DNA of 64,000 bases, from the NCBI GenBank assembly GCA_020184695.1, contig JAANOX010000237.1, positions 124,001 to 188,000 on the forward strand, given 5' to 3'. The stretch comes from Histomonas meleagridis 2922-C6/04-290x. Lineage: Eukaryota > Protista > Parabasalia. Shown here piece by piece: positions 43,414 through 52,918 of this stretch; within the stretch, counting starts at the first letter, position 1; each line of letters starts with the position of its first letter. Position numbers and translations under genes: made by a program. Below the pieces are notes generated by a model. The model was not told the origin of the DNA and searched no databases. It worked only from the letters and a program-made list of their open reading frames with translations.

Positions 43414-44735
43414 GCGAAGTAGTCAAGCACGGCCTTTTTCTTCGCCTGTACTTGTGCGATTCCTTCCACGTAATCATTATGCAAAATTTCGTCAGCGTTT
43501 CTTCTTAATGCCACCATTCCTGCCTCAACGCAGACAGCCTTTAGCATAGCGCCATTAAAATCTTCTGTTGATCTTGCCAACTCTCTAAAGTTTACTTTAG
43601 AGACTCCTTCCTTACAAGTTTTCATTTTTCTTGAATGGATTTCCAAAATTTGTACTCTTGCGTCCTCATTTGGCAGAGGCAATTCGATTTTCCGGTCGAG
43701 CCTACCAGACCTCATCAACGCAGGATCCAATGTATCAGGTCGATTGGTTGCACAGATAACTTTAACGTTGTCCAACGATGAAAAACCGTCGAGTTGATTC
43801 AAAAGTTCCAACATCGTGCGCTGCACCTCGCGCTCTCCTTGTAGGCTGTTTCCTGAGGTACGCTTGGACCCGATAGCATCAATTTCATCAATGAATATTA
43901 TTGATGGAGCTTTGCTTCGTGCTAATTCAAACGCATTTCGAACTAACCGCGATCCTTCTCCAACAAACATTTGAACAAGTTGGGGGCCTGCTAAACGTAG
44001 AAATGTGGATTGGGTTGATGCTGCACATGCTCGTGCTAACATTGTTTTGCCTGTACCAGGTGGCCCATATAATAAAACTCCTTTTGGTGGTTGTATACCA
44101 AGTTTTTGTATTCGTTCTTTTGATGGTGATATAAGTGGTAATACTACGGCTTCTTTCAGTTCTTGAATTTGTTTTTCTAATCCACCAACTTGATCATACG
44201 TTTCAGTGGGCTTGGAATCTACTTCCATGGCTTTGACACGTGAATCAAAATGTTGAGGAAGTTTCTCGAAAATTAAATATGAATCTTTGGAAAGTCCAAC
44301 CATATCAGATGGTTGAAGGTCAGAAGCATCAACAAGACCTGGCACTGGAAGAAAAACAGTTTCACGTGTGGTTGTCTTAACAACTGCGGATTTGGCTTCA
44401 CTACCTCGATAAACACTGTCAGGGGATTCATCGGAATCAAGAGATAGAATTTCTACAACATGTGCAACAAGAAATGGAAGGGTACGGTTAAGACGTATTT
44501 TTTCGGTGTTAGAGCGAATATCTTCTTCCATATGGGTCTTTTGATTTTGATATTGTCGAAGCATGTTACGAAGCGCAGCGATTTGGTTATTTAACGCCAC
44601 GGTTTGACGTTCAATCTCTTGATCTGGCTTTTGCCCCATTTCTTTGATAAGATCGTCGTCCATTGGTTTGGTTAAATTGACTTTGTTTGTTTGAACTATT
44701 ATGGGGTAGAACAATGAAAAACCACCATCAAACAT
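43410..44735 (-). CDS. RPT5: 26S proteasome AAA-ATPase subunit RPT5 (PSMC3/6A)
   Basis: [65 protein letters not shown]-terminal LDYFA. Start probably MDDDLIK. Confidence 0.95.
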   Translation of the reverse strand: MFDGGFSLFYPIIVQTNKVNLTKPMDDDLIKEMGQKPDQEIERQTVALNNQIAALRNMLRQYQNQKTHMEEDIRSNTEKIRLNRTLPFLVAHVVEILSLDSDESPDSVYRGSEAKSAVVKTTTRETVFLPVPGLVDASDLQPSDMVGLSKDSYLIFEKLPQHFDSRVKAMEVDSKPTETYDQVGGLEKQIQELKEAVVLPLISPSKERIQKLGIQPPKGVLLYGPPGTGKTMLARACAASTQSTFLRLAGPQLVQMFVGEGSRLVRNAFELARSKAPSIIFIDEIDAIGSKRTSGNSLQGEREVQRTMLELLNQLDGFSSLDNVKVICATNRPDTLDPALMRSGRLDRKIELPLPNEDARVQILEIHSRKMKTCKEGVSKVNFRELARSTEDFNGAMLKAVCVEAGMVALRRNADEILHNDYVEGIAQVQAKKKAVLDYFA

Positions 44736-45324
44736 TGTTTAAAGTAACAGTCTACGCTAAAAGCATAACAGCAAATACAGAAAGTTATGTTTTTGATTAA
44801 AGATGATTTGTTTACAATGATCTTGAATTTATTCATTATTTTTTTTTTAAAGAAACTTAGTTTCAGCATTCAACTTTTCTTTTTTATTATTGTCCGCAAA
44901 TAAACAAAAAAAATTACATAGATCCTATGTAAGTCAAATGAGAATTAAAATTAAAAAAAAATAAACATTTTTTTAAAAGGAAATTAGAAAAAACAAAGAC
45001 TATGAAACAGTTGTATGAAGTTTATTTATAATATAAATGCGTTTGGTACTAATTAATATTAGGGAATTCTATGATGTTAGTTGATAAATTTGTGGCTCAG
45101 AAACAGTTTGCTCACCATATTTTCAGATGTCCCAAACTAATATCTCTTCACCGCATAAAAATACATACTTAATGAGGCTTAGCAACCCAACAAAAAATGA
45201 ATACGACCATGGCGGTTATAAAATCACGTTTATTTTAACGTTCATTTCAAAAAATTGACAAAGATAGTCAAATTTTTGACTTGCTTTTAATTTTAAACGT
45301 ACTTTATGATTTTCTGATCTTTTC

Positions 45325-46050
45325 ATGAATCTTGATTCTACAATCTGTTCTATAGCTGCTTTAAAGCAACGAATAGAAGAACTTGAAAGCGAAAAATTAG
45401 AATTGGATAATGAGTTAACTGAATATCAAAGTCAAATCCTTGAACTCAAAAAAGATGTCCTGAATCAAGAAATATTATCAAAAGCGACAAAGAATGCACT
45501 TAACATGATAAAGGAATCAAAAGCAATTCGCTCCCAAATTGAAGCTGAAAGGGAACTTAATGCACAATTGAAAAATGAATTAAAAACCGCAGAAGAAACT
45601 TTGTATAAACTTAAAAACAACCCAGTCACAGTTGAAAAAGATGATAAAGACGCTTTACGTGTAATTCAAAACATCAATGAATATCAAAAATTAACAGCGC
45701 AGATACTCAAAGATTATTTTCCGTCCACATTTTTCAAATCAACTTTAACACCAAATGAGAATACAAGTCGATATGATATTGATTTACTTCCAACTGATCA
45801 ACGAAAAATTGTAAAACGTCTTCGTGAACTCCCTTCGAATTACCCTCAACAAAGCAATCAAGTCAAACATGCGATTCTACAAGGAATGGTGTTTACTCTT
45901 CAAATAGCAGATGATTTAATTCAAAGTATATGCTCTCTTAAGAGCCAACAGTCCTACTCCATGACACCTGCGTCTATAGAAACCCAGATCATACCTTTAA
46001 CATATCAACTTAAAGTAATTTTTAACGAATTGAAACGTTTTTCTTTCTGA
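45325..46050 (+). CDS. Coiled-coil hypothetical protein
   Basis: 241-aa ORF with a heptad-rich N-terminal half. Confidence 0.7.
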   Translation: MNLDSTICSIAALKQRIEELESEKLELDNELTEYQSQILELKKDVLNQEILSKATKNALNMIKESKAIRSQIEAERELNAQLKNELKTAEETLYKLKNNPVTVEKDDKDALRVIQNINEYQKLTAQILKDYFPSTFFKSTLTPNENTSRYDIDLLPTDQRKIVKRLRELPSNYPQQSNQVKHAILQGMVFTLQIADDLIQSICSLKSQQSYSMTPASIETQIIPLTYQLKVIFNELKRFSF

Positions 46051-46259
46051 GACGGGTTCCAAGAATCTCTAAATTGTGTTTAAATAAAGTAAAAAGCGTA
46101 TTTTTTGTTCTAATTATGGTTTTATGCATAGCAAAAGTTTGTTACGGATTTTGTTTCTGAAATAACAGTTAACTGCTTTTTTAGTTTCAAAAATTTTGTT
46201 TGTTTCAGAATTTTCAACAAGACATTTTAATTTGAATCAAAGTATTTTGACATTGGAAC

Positions 46260-47144
46260 ATGGAAGAATCGTCAGATGACATAGAAGACTATATTGATTA
46301 TCAAGTTGAATGGGAGGACAGAAGTAATTGTGCTTGCAACATAGCATATTTTCCAGTTGGTGGGTTTTACATTATAAATCATTGGCGTAAAAAATTTTTG
46401 CGTCCAATTCTTTCAAACATAGCTTTTATCATTATATTTGCAGACTTAGTATTTGATCTTTATTATTCACTTAATTTTAAAGAGTATATAATTTCGCTAG
46501 TGTTTTGTTCACTTGCATTTTTAGCGACAGCTGTTTCATATTGGCTAATTATTGTTATAGGTCCGGGATATGTACCATATAACTGGAAGTTAACACATAA
46601 AAAGCGATTTACATGGAAAGAAAGGATGAATTATATCACAATATACGACCAACAAGTTCAATGTGCCAGAATGTCCGAAAGGCCAGCAAGGTCATCTTTT
46701 TCCTTGGATGCAAGAAGGTTTGTTCTTCGAGCAGATCATCTATGCATTTGGACAAATTCATGGATCGGATTTAAAAACCATCGTTACTTCATTTTATTTA
46801 CACTCTGGTTTGTTATTTATAGCTGTCTTTGGTTTGCTTGCAGATATAACTGGTATCTTTTAATTCCACAACTTCATTGGTATTATCTTATATCAGCTGC
46901 TTGTGCAATCGTTCTTATAACAGCTGCTAGTTATTCATTTTATTACTTGGTTAAGTCGTTGATAAATCTAAAAAATAACATCACGGGAATCGAAAAGTAC
47001 AATCGAAGGAACGTTAAAATGTACGATAAAGGCTGTATGAACAACTTTGAAGAAATCTTTGGAACAAGGAAGTGCATCATATGCTGGTGTAACCCTTTTT
47101 GTCCAGTTCCACGTGTCCATGATGGTTTTTATAATTCATATTAA
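46260..47144 (+). CDS. DHHC-family palmitoyltransferase, variant DHLC motif
   Basis: Four TM segments, GPGYVP, RADHLCIWTNSWIGFKNHRYF, ITGIE (TTxE-like), C-terminal YDKGCMNNFEEIFG. Confidence 0.88.
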   Translation: MEESSDDIEDYIDYQVEWEDRSNCACNIAYFPVGGFYIINHWRKKFLRPILSNIAFIIIFADLVFDLYYSLNFKEYIISLVFCSLAFLATAVSYWLIIVIGPGYVPYNWKLTHKKRFTWKERMNYITIYDQQVQCARMSERPARSSFSLDARRFVLRADHLCIWTNSWIGFKNHRYFILFTLWFVIYSCLWFACRYNWYLLIPQLHWYYLISAACAIVLITAASYSFYYLVKSLINLKNNITGIEKYNRRNVKMYDKGCMNNFEEIFGTRKCIICWCNPFCPVPRVHDGFYNSY

Positions 47145-47673
47145 ATTTTGTTAATGTTTTTTATTTGTTTCTAATTTTTGAGGGAACTGTGTTCGAATTT
47201 AAAGACAAGGTCTAAGTGAAGTGAAAAACTGACACTATAAACATAAATTTTCAGCATCTGTTCCATACAATTCTAAAAAAAATATAAACATAATAATATA
47301 CATTGTAGGTTAATCTTAAATATTATGTATCATGAAAATATATCAATTTTTTGAAAAAATATTTCATCATTATTTTTTTCACATTAATAATTAATTAAAG
47401 AAATAAAATGAATCATTAATTTTCAATAACGGAAATGGAATTAATTATCGAGACATTGCTAAAATAAAGAAATTCAGAAAAATATTATGAAAATTATTTG
47501 GTATATATCACAAGATTGGGCGTTAATTTAAAATATATATATATAGATCTATATTTAAAGATTCTCTCACATCATAACAAGAAACAATATGAATATAAAA
47601 TGCTTTAATTTAATATTTTTTCATAAATACTTTCACTTAATCAATAAATTTTACTTATTCATTAAAAGCAAAC

Positions 47674-50600
47674 TTACAAAAATCTTGCTCCAAAAAGAAA
47701 TGCTGGATTTGCTTCAGCAAATTTCGGTTTCGGTGCACCCCAACCACCAAATACTTGATGTGCTTGTTTTGTTTCTGATGCCAAAAGTTTTTCATCGTAT
47801 ATAATATCATTTTGCTTCTTAAGTAATTCCACAATATTTTTACAATTTTCATTACCTCCTTGATTTGAGTTTGCGAGCATAATTGCTGATTCACCGTTAT
47901 TATTTACTTCATTTATTTTTATATCTTTTTGTTGAAGAAGTAATTCTACGATTTCAAAACAACCATTTTGCGCAGCGCCCATTAAAGAATTCATAAATAA
48001 TTTTCATAAATTCCGAAGTTTTTATATAAATTTTAAAAAATTATAATAATTATTATTCTTATGATTTATATCGATTTCTTTATGATCGAGTAATAATTTA
48101 ACGATTTCCAAATGATTATTAAAACATGCTAACATAAAAGCAGTACCAAAATAATTAATTAAATTCCAAATTTTATCTATAAATTCCATTTTTTATTAAT
48201 AAACATATAATACTTATAATAAATACCATGAATGTCCAGATCAATTCCTTCATGTTCAAGTAATAGTTTAACTATATCTGTTCTTCCTTCTGAACAAGCA
48301 GTCATTAATGGTGTAAAATATATATATATTTAATTCCAAATATTGTTTTGATATAGAAATATTTTGAATCAATAATATAATGAAATAAATAAACAGATTT
48401 CACATTAACATTAACATCTTTTTTATCAAGAATTAACTTAAAGATTTCGAATTGATTCTTTTTAACTTCTTCAAAATTTGCTTTATTGTTAACAAATCAA
48501 TAAAATAAATCTTAACACGTGTAAATAAATTTGGCTTATTATTATCATTTCCTTGAGAATATTTCATATCGAAATGACATTGATCAGTTTTAGATGCACA
48601 ATGAGAATTCATAAAAATTATAAATAAATCAATTAACAAATAAAAAAACTCTAAATTATCAAAATTAATTCTAAACTCACAAAATGAACTTCGAAAAATT
48701 AAAGTAAACCAATTTGTTTTGATTTGGATTATAAAATGTATTATTATGTTTGTATAAAGACATTTTATGAAGTACAGTTTCAAATGATTGAATGAAATTC
48801 CAAATATTATTTCGAAATATTAAAAAGGCGGAACAAATCGTATTCAGAAGATTAACATCAATTCCTTTATGATCAAGAAGTAATTTAACAATTTCAACAA
48901 AACCTGCAATCGTTGCATACATTAAAGGTGAACCGAATGAATTAAATATATTTCACGAAATTTATCAATGAAATATTAAACTTAAGAAATGAATATCAAC
49001 AAAATTAACATCAATTTCTTTATGTTCAAGTAATAATTTAACAATATCAATGTAGTTATTACGTACAGCAAAAGTTAAAGCTGTTTCAAATAAATTAAAT
49101 TGTTTCCAAATAAAATTTAAAAACATAAAATTAATAAAATAAATTTTAAAACATATTATTAAATAGTTTTAGCATTAATATCAATATCTTTTTGTTCAAG
49201 AAGTAATTTAACAATATCAACACTGCCTTTCCATGTTGCAAAAATAAATGGGGTTTCAAAAAATGGAAACAATTTTTAAAAATATTTTAATATTATATTT
49301 ATTACATTTGTTAATATCAATTCCCTCAACATTAAGAAGAAGTTTCACAAGATCAACATTACCACTATTACATGCATAAAACAATGGCGTTAAAAAAACA
49401 ATAGACAAATTCCAAAGTTTGGAGTAAAACATTGAATTTATAAAACAAATATCGAACAAAAAAATGAAACATTTGCAATATTTATATCAATACCTTTACA
49501 TTCAAGAAGTAATTTGCATATTTTTATATAATTATTTTCAAATGCAAATGTTAATGCAGTTTTTCCTCTAGTATTTTGTTGTGAAATATCAATTCCTTTA
49601 TGTTGAAGAAGTAATTTAACTATTTTTGTATGACCATTTGAAGATGCTAAAATTAGCGCTGTATAAAATATTTGAAATAATTTCCAAATATTATTTTGAA
49701 ATATCAAATTATTATAATATATATTATTTTTAGCATTAACATCAATTCCTTCTTGTTCAAGAAGTAATTTAACTATATCTGTATTACCTTTATAAGATGC
49801 AAACATAATTGCTGTTTTAAATATTTTTAATAAATTCCAATAATTATTTTAAAATATTAAAATATTCAAATAAATAATATCTTTAGCATTAATATCAATT
49901 CCCTTTTGCTCAAGAAGCATTTTCACGTTTTCAATGTTATTTAAAGCACAAGCACAAAATAAAGGGGTTTTATAAAAGCACAAGAAACTCTACTAAATAT
50001 TCTCAACAAACATTAAAAAAACAAAAACAAATATCATAAATATTAACATTAATAGCTTTCCTCGATAAAACATATTTCACAAGTTCACTATTATTTGAAG
50101 AAACAGCATAAGCTATTGCATTATTTGGTAATGCTTTTCCTTCATAAAGATATCTTACAATGAATAAGTTACCACTTGCAAAAACTTCTTCAACGAATTG
50201 AGCATCATAAATATTAATTCCTTCATTTTCGATGAACAAAAAGATATCAAAGTTATCATATTGTATACATTTCGAACCCATATAATTTATTATTTTTATT
50301 TTCTTTTCTTCTTCACTTTCATTATTTCTCATTTGGTTCTGAGAAAATGTTATTGGATTTTGGAAGTTAAAATAACGCAGACATTTTCTTATAAACATAG
50401 TTCTTTCCTGATTATAATCGCATTTGAATAATTTATTTTCATATAGATAATAAAAGATATCATTTCGATGGAACTTAATTGCTGCTTTATAAGCGTTTCC
50501 AAATGTTACACCATTTTGTTCACATAAATGAATGATTTCAATGTTTCCACCTGCTACTGCATATTTACCAACATTTTCAATATAAGCACCATTAACTAAC

Positions 50601-51370
50601 AAATATTTAAAACATTTAATCGACCCATAAAATGCTGCATATTGGATTAATGTAACAGGATGTTCATCACAACTAAAACATTTGGTGAATTTCTCATAAA
50701 TTGATACTGGTAATGGCTCATCAATATCAATTTTATTGTTTGATATTATTTCTTGAAGTTGTTCAGCATCATCATTACGTATAGCTTTTGTGACTTCAGA
50801 AGGATTTCCTTCGTTCATGTTCTTTTTATGTTCTTCAAAATTACTTCCTTTTTGTTGACGAATGATTTCAATAGCTTTCTGTTCCCCAAAGGAGGGTTGT
50901 GCTTTTTGAGCTTGATTTTCAATTGATGAAATTTGTTCTTTTGTTAATAAATGAACAAAGTATATCTTGTTTTCTGGGTGATCAATAAATTGATCAGGTC
51001 TTATTAAATTATTTTCAACTAATTTAACTAATATAAAATTGGACTCTCTAATACCCACTGAAAGTAAATAACTTTTAAATAGTGAAAATATTTGTGGACT
51101 TTCTTTGAGAATTTCTTCTTCCTTTTTTTCAATAAATTGTAAATATTGTATATAGATATTTATATCTTTACGCTGTGATAGATATGATGAATAAATATTT
51201 CTTATTAGAACCAGATTAAATGAAATTGGAAAATTAGTATCAAATAAATCCATGGTTAATTGAACAGTCAATTCAATGTTTTCTTGATTTAAATCAAAAA
51301 GTAAATTACTAATATCTTGAAGATATTTGATTTCTTCTTTGGGATTTCTTGTTGTCATTTTGTTGTCCAT
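47674..51370 (-). CDS. DUF3447-ankyrin repeat protein (locus C), one gene interrupted by 42 short segments; 993 aa after removal
   Basis: 3697 nt minus 41x17 and 1x18 nt leaves 2982 nt = 994 codons, with no internal stop in my manual translation. This joins ORFs 50003-51370, 49438-49806, 49256-49459, 48677-48922, 48433-48783 and 47674-47994. Confidence 0.85.
47992..50032 (-). other. Twelve arrays plus one singleton of 17-nt interruptions (locus C)
   Basis: 49969-50032 (NSRK), 49816-49878 (INGK), 49663-49725 (NDGY), 49391-49470 (DNGL), 49255-49300 (KYKE), 49085-49164 (KYGE), 48932-48994 (NREG), 48779-48841 (TNGE), 48613-48709 (5 elements), 48494-48510 (single), 48315-48394 (YSGF), 48145-48224 (YGGG), 47992-48054 (NKGM). 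Confidence 0.9.
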
Positions 51371-51649
51371 TGCCTGAAAAAAACGTTAAAAAAGTGCCTT
51401 GGCATGGATTGCATAGCTTCTATCAGAGTAGTGTAAACGAAATTAATTCATATTTTTCTCTGAATGGAAATTAATAAATTCATTTTAGATATATAAAATA
51501 TCTCTTTATATATGTAGAGATTAATATTATCATTATCTAATATTGCAATGCCTTAATTAATATTTCGGAAATGAGGGAAAATCAATTCATTATGAAATTT
51601 TCTCAAATGAATATAGTTTCTCATGAAAATATCATTTTCAATTTGAATT

Positions 51650-52490
51650 TTGAAAATATTAAAAAAATCAACAAAATCAATTGATGAATTTGATAAAAAA
51701 TATGATTGGGAATTTCATAAACAATTAATTAAAAAAGGAGTAAATCCTAATGAAATTACAATAATAATTCGAAATTATGAAATAGAAAAACTTCAAGAAA
51801 TATCATCACAAAATGATTTTAAATTTTTGGATCAATTATATGTTTTAGATATTTAATTATGAATGGTGTTAAAGTCGGCAAATATTCATTTGCAGGTGGA
51901 AATGAAGTAATAATTCATTTATGTGAAAATAATAATGGATCATTTTATGAAGCAGCAATTGAATTTCATTGAAATGATATCTTTAAACACCTTTATGAAA
52001 ATAAAATTGTTAAAACGATAAATTTAGATTACTTATATAAGTAATGTATTGTCAATAATTCATTTAATTGTGTAGGAAGGATTGAATTTAGATTCTTTCA
52101 TATATGAATTATCATTGACTGGAATTTATATCTAATAAAATGTTTTCTTGAAAAATATAAACTACTAAATGATATTTATTTCATGAGCAAGTCCAGGAAA
52201 TATTGAACTTGTTGAATATTTTCTTAAATTTGAACAAACTGATATCAATGTTAGAAAAGTTTCTATAAAAAATTGGGAATTTGTTGATATGTCATTATAT
52301 TTAATATGAGTATTTGGCTATTTTTTATGTTTTTTGATATTTATTTGAAAAATTTTATACCCTTATATAATATTTGGAAATAATTTATATTATTTAATAC
52401 ATCAGTTATTAAAGCATTTAAAAATGCTCAAATAGAAATAGTTAAATTGCTTCTTGAACAAAAAGGAATTAATGTTAGCTGGAGGGTCAA
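51650..52490 (+). pseudogene. Degenerate DUF3447-ankyrin paralogue (locus E)
   Basis: WEFHKQLIKKGVNPNEI, GGNEVIIHLCE, AAIEFH*NDIF and GNIELVEYFL fragments with stops and frameshifts; one ankyrin unit starts at 52399. Confidence 0.8.
52259..52398 (+). other. Array of 7 x (17-nt interruption + 1 codon)
   Basis: 140 nt = 7 x 20. Retained codons GGA TAT GGC GAT TAT GGA AAT precede ACA (Thr). Confidence 0.85.
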
Positions 52491-52918
52491 AAAACCAACA
52501 TTTGTATAAATTTTAAAAATGCGATAAAATAGATATCATTGAGATCAGTAAATTTTTCAGAGGTACTAAAACTCAAAATCATGCAATATTTTTTCAACGA
52601 TAATTATATGTTAATAATGGCATCGGTAGGAGATTACAAAAATATTTTTGTTATGAAATTTTGACTGTTAAATCTTTCCAAATTCGATATGATTTCGACC
52701 ATACTTTTTTGGGAATTTTGTGATATTTCCTATATAGTAATATTGTATGTTAGATATGTTTATTTTCTAAATAATTATCTTGTATTATTTTTATTAAAAT
52801 TTAGAAAGTGTGGAACTCAATTTAAAAAAAAAAATTAATTGAAAAATTGTTATTCGAAAACTTAACTTTGGTTTATATGATGAGATAAAAAGATTTTATA
52901 TTTGTTGACTATAAGTTT

